Shown here piece after piece: positions 18,336 through 27,504 of a stretch of 64,000 bases of DNA. The stretch is from a virus (lineage: Duplodnaviria; Caudoviricetes). The position numbers and the translations under genes are program-made. The notes beneath the pieces are model-generated. The model did no database searches and was not told the DNA's origin. It was given only the letters and a program-made list of their open reading frames with translations. The stretch lies in IMG/VR virus record IMGVR_UViG_3300020450_000008; one strand, given 5' to 3'. How positions within the stretch are numbered: position 1 is the stretch's first letter; every line of letters starts with the position of its first letter.

Positions 18336-19406
18336 ATGTACAACTATGATTGGTGGTCTTACGATAAAGACATAATGAAAGATTTTAATCATTTCTTAAA
18401 AAAGATTAATACTCGAGCATGTATCAATTATGGTTTTATTGATGAGGAATATGAAAACTTAAATAGGCATGGAGACTTAGATCATGGTCTTGGTCGTAAT
18501 GTAGAATATTTCCACCCTACAATTACTTTAGATGATAGAATGAGATATATTGGTACAGTCATTGCGCAGCATGATATGTCTGATTTTAGTATTTTAGGCA
18601 ATGGTATAATATCTCACTTTTATGGAGCACGTGGCGTTCATATGGCAGTTACAGGATCTAACGATCCTAATGACTGTTTTGTTGATTTTGACAAATTAGC
18701 TGATAATGATAAAGATTACCTACAGCATCTTAGAAATAATATAGATAATTCTAGAAAGTTAAAAAAACCAATATGGGGTACAACAGAACTTCATACATCA
18801 ATACAAGCAGCTTCTAGAAATTATTGTAGACAAAAATATGATGACGCTGAAAGAGCATTCCATCCTGTTGACGTAGTTGATTGGGTTGCATCATTTAGAA
18901 ATAATGGAACATATGAAGAACTCTTTGCCGCAGATCATATTGGAGAAGCTTATAAAATATTAAGAAAGTTACCAGGTATTGGAGAATATTACGGATTTCA
19001 TGGTGCTGCATCAACTAGTGTTTTACCTCAAATGAAATATTATCATGATGATAAATTTGTAGCTCCAGGACCTGGTGCAGTATATACAATAGGACTTATG
19101 TGGCCAAAGGCTCCAAAAAAATATTATGCAGAAGCAATTTACTTCTTAAGAGAAAACAGCGATGAGATTGGTCTTACAGAAGATGTTAGTTTTCATCCAG
19201 GCGCTTATAACATCGATATGCCAGGTGGAAAAAAGCTTTTTAGAGAAGATCAAAAAACTCTTAAATATTATGGTACTGAAGTTTTATCTTGTCAGTTTGG
19301 TATATACTTACAGATTAGAGAAGATGCTAAGCTATGTGCAAAACGTCAGGTATCAAGAGCTACAGTACTTGAAGATCAAAATACGTTAGAAAGTTTTATG
19401 CAATGA
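18336..19406 (+). CDS. aGPT-Pplase / amino acid:DNA transferase-like (HhH-fold) DNA hypermodification protein
   Basis: LRKLPGIG HhH-like motif followed by YYGFH...DDKFVAPGPGA; AAGGAG SD before ATG 18336. Confidence 0.55.
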   Translation: MYNYDWWSYDKDIMKDFNHFLKKINTRACINYGFIDEEYENLNRHGDLDHGLGRNVEYFHPTITLDDRMRYIGTVIAQHDMSDFSILGNGIISHFYGARGVHMAVTGSNDPNDCFVDFDKLADNDKDYLQHLRNNIDNSRKLKKPIWGTTELHTSIQAASRNYCRQKYDDAERAFHPVDVVDWVASFRNNGTYEELFAADHIGEAYKILRKLPGIGEYYGFHGAASTSVLPQMKYYHDDKFVAPGPGAVYTIGLMWPKAPKKYYAEAIYFLRENSDEIGLTEDVSFHPGAYNIDMPGGKKLFREDQKTLKYYGTEVLSCQFGIYLQIREDAKLCAKRQVSRATVLEDQNTLESFMQ

Positions 19407-20389
19407 AAGCAATATTAAACTGTCCATTTATTCCAGTAGCAAAAAGAATAGCTTCTCACAGAGGAGCTCAAGGCGTTATGTATGGCGATATGATAAAACA
19501 AAAGTATGGTCATTGTGATGTCAACTTTGGTGGCGAGATTATAGATCATAATCAGTATGATACGATGTGGGTATATCATGGAAATGATTTTAGTGGTGGA
19601 TTAAATATGTTTGGTGGCGTTTATGGTTTTCCTTATGTAGAAAATACAGTAAACTTTTCTAAGTTTAAAGGTAAAATAAAATCAATAGCCATTGACTTTC
19701 CGCCATATCATGAATGGATAAAAGATAAATTAGATAAAGCTAAGAAAGACGTACAGCCTGAATGGGCCAGTGTAGATTTAAATAATCTTGAAAGAATGTA
19801 TAATGAAGCTGAAACGGTTGATTATCCAAATATGACCGACAAATTAGTCATAGGTGATTCACATTCGATATGCATGTATAGACCGGGTTGGACCGTCAAT
19901 AGCATACCATTTAAAACTTTAAATGGAGCTTTAAAAGAAGGTATTAAAACATTCATACCAAAAGGAAGTTTCAATCAAATAGAATTGTACTTTGGCAATA
20001 TTGATATAAGACATCATGTGTGTAGGCTAAATGCTGATATAGAAGAATTGGCTGATAGATATATTGAACAAGCAAAAGAATTGAATGCTAAAATATATGA
20101 ACTATTGCCAATAGAAAATGAATCACGCAAGTTACCACAATCTGGATATTATAAAGGCGAACCTTTCTGGGGTACATGGCAAGAAAGAACAGATGCAAGA
20201 AATAAATTTAATGATTACATTGAAAGCAAATATGGAATCATACGTTGGACGGATAAATTACTAAATAAAACTGGTGAACTTGATTTTGCATGTATGGAAA
20301 AACCAAAGTCAATACATTTAAGTAGAGAGTTCTATCCTCACTGGAACGGAGAGGAAGAGGTAAATACATTAGAGGAGTTTTTCGGATGA
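19403..20389 (+). CDS. Hypothetical protein with SGNH-like GDSH motif
   Basis: VIGDSHS, YFGNIDIRHH, SIHL; ends TLEEFFG. Confidence 0.5.
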   Translation: MKAILNCPFIPVAKRIASHRGAQGVMYGDMIKQKYGHCDVNFGGEIIDHNQYDTMWVYHGNDFSGGLNMFGGVYGFPYVENTVNFSKFKGKIKSIAIDFPPYHEWIKDKLDKAKKDVQPEWASVDLNNLERMYNEAETVDYPNMTDKLVIGDSHSICMYRPGWTVNSIPFKTLNGALKEGIKTFIPKGSFNQIELYFGNIDIRHHVCRLNADIEELADRYIEQAKELNAKIYELLPIENESRKLPQSGYYKGEPFWGTWQERTDARNKFNDYIESKYGIIRWTDKLLNKTGELDFACMEKPKSIHLSREFYPHWNGEEEVNTLEEFFG

Positions 20390-21582
20390 GCTTTGCAAGT
20401 ATAGTGCCACTCATAGGTGGTGAAACAATAGCAATGCAAAATGTATCAGGTAAAAAACCAGAATACATATTAAGCTATTCAGCGTTTGAAGCAAATGATA
20501 ACCAATTAGTTGAATACTATGATAACAAAGTACCATACTATCATTTAGATGGTAATATGCCAAAAAGTTTACCAACTGTAGAGTCTGTCAATACTGTTTG
20601 TCCTTGTGCTGGATTAAGCAGTCTTTCTCCAGTTGCTGGTACAAATAATAGTAATAATGATTGGATGAGTAAAACAGCTAAACATGTTTTAGAACATATC
20701 AATCCTAAAGTGTTTTGGGGAGAAAACGCTCCAAGACTTGCAAGTAAAATGGGTGAGCCTATAGTTAAAAATCTTAGAAAAATTGGAAGTGACAATGGAT
20801 ACACATTTTCAATATATAAAACAAAATCAATATTACATGGATTAAGTCAGGTAAGAGATAGAACCTTCTATTTCTTTTGGAAAGGAGATAAGATTCCACG
20901 CTTACCTTATATTCACAGAAATTACGAGCGTATTGAAGATACCATTAGAAATACAAAGCTTAAAAAAGATGATCCAATGAATATTCCAGTAAATAGTAAG
21001 GCTCCTACAGATAATCCTTTTTATAAGTATGTACTAGAGGAGATAGAAGGTGGTATAACACATTCAGAATTTCAAGAAAAAATAGAGCGTAGTACCAATC
21101 CTTTAGAAGAAATAGAGAGAGCCGGTATAAAATATCGTACTGTAGGCGAGTGGATGACTAAAAAAGGCTATGATAGAGAAGCAGAAAAGTGTAAAAGAAT
21201 GCATGATAAATTAGCATCAGGTGGTAACATAATGCGTAAAACTACTGAAATACCAAAAGATTATATTGGAGCTTTTGTTGGTCATATGCCAACATCACTA
21301 ACACATCCTGATGAAGATAGGTATCTTACAGTAAGAGAATGTTTATCAATCATGAAATTACCTGATGATTTTATGTTACAAGGTGGTCTTAAAAATCTTA
21401 ATCATATTTGCCAAAACGTTCCTGTGACTACGGCAGAAGATATGGCCACTAGTGTTCATGCTTTTGTAGAGGGAAGGCTTGATAACCAGATGATTGATAC
21501 AAAATTTTTAGTACAAGATAACAAAAATAAGTCATTGGATTATCAAAGAGAAAGCATGCAACTAGATGAGTTTATGGTATAG
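20386..21582 (+). CDS. Atypical C5-cytosine DNA methyltransferase-fold protein
   Basis: Motif IV CPCAGLS, VI ENAP, VIII QVRDRTF, IX RYLTVRECLSIM; motif I degenerate (VPLIGG) and motif X degenerate (CQNVP). Confidence 0.7.
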   Translation: MSFASIVPLIGGETIAMQNVSGKKPEYILSYSAFEANDNQLVEYYDNKVPYYHLDGNMPKSLPTVESVNTVCPCAGLSSLSPVAGTNNSNNDWMSKTAKHVLEHINPKVFWGENAPRLASKMGEPIVKNLRKIGSDNGYTFSIYKTKSILHGLSQVRDRTFYFFWKGDKIPRLPYIHRNYERIEDTIRNTKLKKDDPMNIPVNSKAPTDNPFYKYVLEEIEGGITHSEFQEKIERSTNPLEEIERAGIKYRTVGEWMTKKGYDREAEKCKRMHDKLASGGNIMRKTTEIPKDYIGAFVGHMPTSLTHPDEDRYLTVRECLSIMKLPDDFMLQGGLKNLNHICQNVPVTTAEDMATSVHAFVEGRLDNQMIDTKFLVQDNKNKSLDYQRESMQLDEFMV

Positions 21583-21590
21583 GAGATAAA

Positions 21591-22529
21591 ATGAAAATAT
21601 TAATAACAGGACAAGCTGGATTTATAGGTTTCCATGCCGCTATTGGATTTAAAAATGATGGTTGGGAAGTACATGGTATTGATAACTTCAATGATTATTA
21701 TGATGTAAAACTGAAAAGAGATAGAGCTACTATTCTTCAAGATTTAGGAATTTCTACTATTGATGATACCATTGAAAATTTTAATAAAATAGATTTTCCA
21801 GAATATGATTTAATACTACATTTAGCCGCTTATACAAATCCCAGACACGCTTTAAAAACTCAACAACCTTATATTGATACTAATATTACAGCAACTCAAA
21901 GAATAATTGATGTAGCACAAGATAAAGGAACACCAGTTGTATACGCTTCAAGCAGTTGCGTCATGCTAGGACAACCACTTCCTTGGAATGAAACCGATAG
22001 ACCACAACATCAAAACAATCCTTATGGTTGGTCAAAGCATGTCAATGAATGCCAATTTAAACACTCAACTGTTGTAAGATCTGCTGGATTGAGATTCTTT
22101 ACGGTTTATGGTCCTTATGGAAGACCTGATATGGCACTGTTTTCTTTTACAAGATCGATAGTAAAAGATGAAGGAATAGTTTTATATAACTACGGCGATA
22201 TGAAAAGAGACTTTACTTACGTAGATGATATTATCCAAGGTATAAAAATAGTTGCAAACAAACTTATGAAAGATGAAGAAAACTATCATGAGATATATAA
22301 TATTGGGTATGGTGATCAAGTAGAGTTAATTGACTTCGTTGATCATATTGAAAAGAATCTTGGTAGAAAGACCGAAAGAAAATTAGAACCAATGCATCCT
22401 GCAGATGCAAAAGAAACTTGGTCAGATACTACAAAGCTTCAAGCACTTGGATATAAACCAACAACTCCTGTACAAATAGGAGTTGCTAAATTCGTTGAAT
22501 GGTATAAACAATATTATAATGTAAATTAA
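21591..22529 (+). CDS. NAD-dependent sugar epimerase (UDP-glucuronate 4-epimerase/WcaG-like)
   Basis: ITGQAGFIG, ASSS, YGWSK (YxxxK), RFFTVYGPYGRPDMA, RDFTYVDD. Confidence 0.9.
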   Translation: MKILITGQAGFIGFHAAIGFKNDGWEVHGIDNFNDYYDVKLKRDRATILQDLGISTIDDTIENFNKIDFPEYDLILHLAAYTNPRHALKTQQPYIDTNITATQRIIDVAQDKGTPVVYASSSCVMLGQPLPWNETDRPQHQNNPYGWSKHVNECQFKHSTVVRSAGLRFFTVYGPYGRPDMALFSFTRSIVKDEGIVLYNYGDMKRDFTYVDDIIQGIKIVANKLMKDEENYHEIYNIGYGDQVELIDFVDHIEKNLGRKTERKLEPMHPADAKETWSDTTKLQALGYKPTTPVQIGVAKFVEWYKQYYNVN

Positions 22530-22699
22530 TGGCGTTATTATATCTCATATTCATGGGATTCGTTATATTAACTTTGCTATGGGTAGGACTACTTATAATA
22601 ATATGGGTATTATCTATTTCATTCGCTATAGCTTATTATATCGTTTTACCAGTGATAGCAATATTACTAATACTAATTATGATTGGATCAATTTTTTGA
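22529..22699 (+). CDS. 56-aa very hydrophobic membrane peptide (absent from ORF track)
   Basis: Hand translation MALLYLIFMGFVILTLLWVGLLIIIWVLSISFAIAYYIVLPVIAILLILIMIGSIF; TAATG coupling to epimerase. Confidence 0.55.
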   Translation: MALLYLIFMGFVILTLLWVGLLIIIWVLSISFAIAYYIVLPVIAILLILIMIGSIF

Positions 22700-22728
22700 T
22701 TTACATTTTGATGAAAATATTATATAAT
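22700..22728 (+). promoter_or_regulatory. Early promoter of uvsX
   Basis: TTTACA-N17-TATATA. Confidence 0.55.
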
Positions 22729-22756
22729 ATAATATATGACAAAATAGGAGAACTGC

Positions 22757-23794
22757 ATGTCGATAATGGATAAACTCAAAAAGAACTCAAAGCTAAGTCA
22801 TACCGAAGTTCTTTCAGAGTCTAAATTTTTTACAGAAAAAGATATGGTAACAACTGACGTACCTATGTTAAACGTTGCTCTATCTGGTTCTGTTGAAGGT
22901 GGCTTAGCACCAGGACTTACTGTATTAGCGGGTCCATCAAAACATTTTAAAACTTCCTTTGCATTAATGATTGCTTCATCGTATCTTAAAAAATATCCTG
23001 AAGCCGTAATGCTATTTTACGATTCAGAGTTTGGTTCACCACAATCTTACTTTCAGCAATTTGAAATTGATACGTCAAGAGTTTTGCATACACCTATTAC
23101 AAATGTAGAAGAACTTAAATTTGATCTTATAGGTCAACTTGAAAATCTTGATCGTAATGATAAAGTTATTGTTGTTATAGATTCGATAGGTAACCTAGCA
23201 TCTAAAAAAGAAATGGAAGATGCACTTAATGAAAAGTCTGTTGCGGATATGTCTAGGGCAAAAGCGCTTAAAGGTTTATTTAGAATGACCACTCCATATC
23301 TTGCAATGAAGAATATTCCTTTACTAGCTGTTAACCATACCTATATGGAAATAGGTTTATTTCCTAAAGCTGTTGTTGGTGGTGGTACTGGTATTTACTA
23401 TTCTGCAGACAATATCTGGATCATTGGTCGTCAACAGGATAAGAAAGGTACTGAAATTAGAGGTTACCATTTCGTAATTAATGTAGAAAAATCAAGATAT
23501 GTAAAAGAAAAATCTAAAATTCCAATATCAGTTACTTGGGAAGGTGGCGTATCTAAATTTTCTGGATTACTTGATGTAGCTCTTGCTGGTGGACATGTTG
23601 TAAAACCATCAATGGGTTGGTATCAGCGAAAAGGTGACGAAGGTAAAGTGCGTGAGGCTGGAACTTTGGAAGAAAGTTTTTGGGAGCCAATCTTTAAGGA
23701 TACTGACTTTAAAGAGTTTATAAAGAAGCAATATTCTATTGGATATACCGCACCTGTTGATATGGAAGAGATTGCTGAAGATGCAGTTGCTTGA
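22757..23794 (+). CDS. uvsX: RecA-like recombinase UvsX
   Basis: LAGPSKHFKTSF, FYDSEFG, IDSIGNLASKKE, DMSRAK, GGTGIYYSAD. Confidence 0.95.
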   Translation: MSIMDKLKKNSKLSHTEVLSESKFFTEKDMVTTDVPMLNVALSGSVEGGLAPGLTVLAGPSKHFKTSFALMIASSYLKKYPEAVMLFYDSEFGSPQSYFQQFEIDTSRVLHTPITNVEELKFDLIGQLENLDRNDKVIVVIDSIGNLASKKEMEDALNEKSVADMSRAKALKGLFRMTTPYLAMKNIPLLAVNHTYMEIGLFPKAVVGGGTGIYYSADNIWIIGRQQDKKGTEIRGYHFVINVEKSRYVKEKSKIPISVTWEGGVSKFSGLLDVALAGGHVVKPSMGWYQRKGDEGKVREAGTLEESFWEPIFKDTDFKEFIKKQYSIGYTAPVDMEEIAEDAVA

Positions 23795-24092
23795 AGAAAA
23801 TGTTGATTATGAGTTCATAGCAACTGATGAAGATGTTAGTAAGTGGCGTGTAAGAATGCTTACTGGACCATATCCTGAAACAATAATATCTTTTGGTAAA
23901 GTTACGGCATTTGAAAATGAAACAAATGAAGATGCAACTCTTAAATTTGATTTCATTATACACTATAGTCCAGATGAAATGCTTACAGATAAAGATGCCG
24001 GTCTTCAACAAGCCGCTGGAAATATTTTAGTAGCTATACTTGAAAGTTCAATGGTGGGAAAAGAAATATTTACTACAAGCGAGGATAAATGA
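23781..24092 (+). CDS. Hypothetical protein between uvsX and gp41
   Basis: ORF, likely start ATG 23781. Confidence 0.55.
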   Translation: MQLLEENVDYEFIATDEDVSKWRVRMLTGPYPETIISFGKVTAFENETNEDATLKFDFIIHYSPDEMLTDKDAGLQQAAGNILVAILESSMVGKEIFTTSEDK

Positions 24093-25474
24093 ATACAAAT
24101 ATAGAACAAGTAGTTCTAAAGAACATTCTCACTAATGAGAAATATATGCGAAAGGTTCTACCTTTTGTAAAACCAGATTACTTTGAAGGAACATATAAGA
24201 TTCTCTTCAAAGAAGCAGGTAAGTTTGTTGGAAAGTATAATAAACTTCCGACAGCTGAAGCCTTCAAGATTGAGATTGATAATGCTGATTCTTTTAACGA
24301 AGAGCAATATAGACATGCAGTCGAGATTATTCCTAACCTTTTCGAAGAAGAAAAAGCCGATGAACAATGGCTCTATGAAAGTACTGAAAAGTGGTGCCAA
24401 GATAGAGCGCTATATAATGCAGTCATGGAATCAATCTCAATCATTGATGGTAAACATACTAAATTAACAAAGAACGCTCTGCCAGAAATATTAACAAAAG
24501 CTTTAGGAGTTTCTTTTGATACTAATGTAGGTCATGATTATATTGAAAATGCAGATTCACGATATGATTTTTATCATAGAGATGAAGAACGTATTCCTTT
24601 TGATTTAGAATATTTTAATCTTATAACAAAAGGTGGTCTTCCTAATAAAACACTTAATATATGTCTTGCAGGTACTGGTGTTGGTAAATCTTTATTCATG
24701 TGTCATTGCGCCGCATCTGCAATGAGTCAAGGACGTAACGTTCTTTATATCACGATGGAAATGGCTGAAGAACGCATTGCTGAAAGAATTGATGCTAATT
24801 TGCTTGATTGTCCTATTGATCAATTACCAAACCTATCAAAAGAAATGTTTGCAGATAGAGTCTATAAATTATCTACAAGAACAAATGGTAAATTAATTAT
24901 TAAAGAATATCCTACTGGCCAAGCAAGTACTTCACATTTTAGAGCATTACTAAATGAATTAAAACTTAAGAAGTCTTTTGAACCAGAAATGATCTTTATA
25001 GATTATCTAAATATATGTGCTTCATCTAGAATGAAAGGAATGGGCGGTGCAATCAATTCATACAACTACATTAAAGCAATTGCTGAAGAGATACGTGGCC
25101 TTGCGGTCGAATTTGACGTACCGATCGTCTCTGCAACGCAAACGACTCGTTCGGGTTATAGTAACTCGGATATTGGGTTGGAAGATACGTCCGAATCTTT
25201 TGGATTACCCGCAACTGCTGATCTAATGTTTGCTATTATATCTACTGAAGAATTAGAAAGCATGGGACAACTTGCAGTAAAACAATTAAAGAATAGATAT
25301 AATGACCCCACTTATAAGAAAAGGTTTGTTATAGGTGTGGATAGATCAAAGATGAGATTATTTGATGTAAATGATTCTGAACAAACTCTAATCGATGACA
25401 CTCCTGTATTTGATAAGACCCCAACTGGAAAAGCAATAATGGACGAAAAGGCATTCGAAGGATTTAAACTTTGA
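24089..25474 (+). CDS. gp41: Replicative DnaB-like helicase
   Basis: LAGTGVGKSLFMC Walker A, ITMEMAEE, IDYLNIC, SATQTTR, SESFGLPATAD, QLKNRY. Confidence 0.96.
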   Translation: MNTNIEQVVLKNILTNEKYMRKVLPFVKPDYFEGTYKILFKEAGKFVGKYNKLPTAEAFKIEIDNADSFNEEQYRHAVEIIPNLFEEEKADEQWLYESTEKWCQDRALYNAVMESISIIDGKHTKLTKNALPEILTKALGVSFDTNVGHDYIENADSRYDFYHRDEERIPFDLEYFNLITKGGLPNKTLNICLAGTGVGKSLFMCHCAASAMSQGRNVLYITMEMAEERIAERIDANLLDCPIDQLPNLSKEMFADRVYKLSTRTNGKLIIKEYPTGQASTSHFRALLNELKLKKSFEPEMIFIDYLNICASSRMKGMGGAINSYNYIKAIAEEIRGLAVEFDVPIVSATQTTRSGYSNSDIGLEDTSESFGLPATADLMFAIISTEELESMGQLAVKQLKNRYNDPTYKKRFVIGVDRSKMRLFDVNDSEQTLIDDTPVFDKTPTGKAIMDEKAFEGFKL

Positions 25475-26538
25475 GAGATTTGATTGTAGCTAGCGGCTGT
25501 TCTTTTACTGATGAAAAATTCAGGGCAGCTTCTGTTCCGAAAGATTTTCCTGAGCATCTTAGAGGTGGATGGAAAATGTGGCCAGAAGTATTTAAAGATA
25601 GCCTATCAAAAGCTGATAATTACAAATATGAGCTCATAAACACTGCAGTCTCCGGAGTGGGTTTAGAATACGCCTTTGATAGTCTTATAGAATTATTTCA
25701 TACAAATAAAGATAGATTAAAAGTTATGTTATGGGGTGGAACGGATTGGCTTAGAGTTCCTCACTTTACTCGCCATAAACATGGTTGGGGAAACATCAGA
25801 TATTTTCAAGATGATGCAAACGTGCATATTCCAAAAGAATGGGAAGAAAAAGATAACGTACAAAAAGGAGCACAGCTTACAATTCACGTTAATAATACTT
25901 CGCCATGGCAAAAGTTGGCTGATGGAAAAGTCAAAGTAAAGCTTGCTAAAGAATTAAAAAAATATAGTGATGATTTTGTAGAGAAAATAAAGAGTCAAGA
26001 AAACTTTGGTCCATACTTATTGGAAGTGGCCAGAGATCTTAAAGATATTAACAAATTTCATCATATAGTAAAAAGATGTATGAATCGAATATTGACTCTA
26101 AAAGAATTATGCGAAAAGGAAGGAATCACTTTCATATATATGACTTTATTACCTCCTTTATACACTGGAGCTCCTATGACAACTGTTGGCGGACTTGAAT
26201 ATGCAATAAACCAAGAAAAAGAAATTAAAATAATTTCTGATGCATCTATTGAATCTTTTAAAAAAATGTGTGACTCAAAAAATATTTGGGGATTTGATAA
26301 TAAAAGTTTAAGAGTGGCAATAAGAACGTGGAGTCAGTTTAATATGCATGATTTAATTTCTTCCAATACAGAACATTTTAATTGGGACGGGCATCCAAAC
26401 GAACAAGGACAAAGGAAATTAGGAAATCAAGTTTTTGATCTTTATAATGAAATAGTAAAAGGTGACGAAAGTTATTCTATTAATCATGCAAGTTTAAAAA
26501 GAAGATGGAAAATGAGTAAGGGGTTTGGTAAAAAATGA
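25471..26538 (+). CDS. SGNH-like hypothetical protein
   Basis: ASGCSFTD near N-terminus, DGHPN near C-terminus. Confidence 0.5.
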   Translation: MRDLIVASGCSFTDEKFRAASVPKDFPEHLRGGWKMWPEVFKDSLSKADNYKYELINTAVSGVGLEYAFDSLIELFHTNKDRLKVMLWGGTDWLRVPHFTRHKHGWGNIRYFQDDANVHIPKEWEEKDNVQKGAQLTIHVNNTSPWQKLADGKVKVKLAKELKKYSDDFVEKIKSQENFGPYLLEVARDLKDINKFHHIVKRCMNRILTLKELCEKEGITFIYMTLLPPLYTGAPMTTVGGLEYAINQEKEIKIISDASIESFKKMCDSKNIWGFDNKSLRVAIRTWSQFNMHDLISSNTEHFNWDGHPNEQGQRKLGNQVFDLYNEIVKGDESYSINHASLKRRWKMSKGFGKK

Positions 26539-26634
26539 GTATGTTTATTTTTAGATTAAAATTACTACTAAGTAGATTATTTAGACGTAAAGAATATAAA
26601 TCAGATATTTTTATATACGAACAGGAGGATAAAG

Positions 26635-26820
26635 ATGATAAATGATTTAACAAGGTTTCAAGTGTTGATGGAAGAAATAGCTTATTTAAAAACAAAAATC
26701 CAGCCACATGATACTGGTCACATTTATACTACTATAAGTACATTAGAGAATAGAGTTGAAGAAATTAAAGAAAGAATAGAACCTCAACTAGATAATAGAC
26801 AAGGGACTTTGTTTGGATAA
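26635..26820 (+). CDS. Small hypothetical protein
   Basis: AGGAGG SD; KIQPHDTGHIYTTI. Confidence 0.55.
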   Translation: MINDLTRFQVLMEEIAYLKTKIQPHDTGHIYTTISTLENRVEEIKERIEPQLDNRQGTLFG

Positions 26821-27020
26821 TGGCTAATAACTACGGAATGCTTACAGTCTTAGGACTAAAAAGACCACCTCAAGGTGATGAAGAATTAGATACAAGAGTT
26901 AATATACACACTCTATATAAACATCGATGGGTGTGGTATCACTTGATTCTTTGTATTCAAATGATTTTAACAAATATACTTTTAGTTGGAATACTAATTG
27001 TATTAGCAATAAAACTATAA
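26820..27020 (+). CDS. Small membrane protein
   Basis: C-terminal hydrophobic helix; coupled ORF. Confidence 0.5.
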   Translation: MANNYGMLTVLGLKRPPQGDEELDTRVNIHTLYKHRWVWYHLILCIQMILTNILLVGILIVLAIKL

Positions 27021-27030
27021 AGGAAATAAT

Positions 27031-27237
27031 ATGCCTGGACAAAATTTTATAAACGGTCCACCCAATCCACGTGGAGTAGAAAGAACCACACTAGATGGCA
27101 AAATTCGTATAGAAGATCAGACTGAATCTCTAATACTAAAAGTCACTGGATTAAAGTTTTTAGTAGAAAATCCTAAAGCACCGTTTGTATGGTTTGCAAT
27201 TGCCATATCCATTATCTTTTATATAGAGGGATTTTAA
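27031..27237 (+). CDS. Small membrane protein
   Basis: C-terminal TM segment. Confidence 0.5.
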   Translation: MPGQNFINGPPNPRGVERTTLDGKIRIEDQTESLILKVTGLKFLVENPKAPFVWFAIAISIIFYIEGF

Positions 27238-27504
27238 ATGTTAAGTGACGATAAATTTAAAGATGTTTATAACAGATTAATGACTACTGCAAATTCATTA
27301 ATAGAAGAATATGAAGATGAAGACGAAAACATGCATCTTGTTGTGGCTGGTGTCTTAACAACTATGGGATTAAGTATGTACAAATCAATTATGTCAGAAA
27401 GAGACTTTGAGAAAATGATGACTCTTATGGTCAGCATGAAAGAAGAAATAAAAACTTACCAAGAAATGGAAGAAGAACAAGCCGATTCGGAGACATATCA
27501 TTGA
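27238..27504 (+). CDS. Acidic hypothetical protein
   Basis: ORF with GAGGG SD. Confidence 0.5.
   Translation: MLSDDKFKDVYNRLMTTANSLIEEYEDEDENMHLVVAGVLTTMGLSMYKSIMSERDFEKMMTLMVSMKEEIKTYQEMEEEQADSETYH

Noticed and set aside
22579-22773. 64-aa ORF in the track
   Set aside because: It spans the uvsX promoter; the coupled frame 22529-22699 is the better gene call.
6747-25474. Introns, inteins or homing endonucleases in gp43, uvsX or gp41
   Set aside because: All three are continuous, of normal length and show no intein splice motifs.
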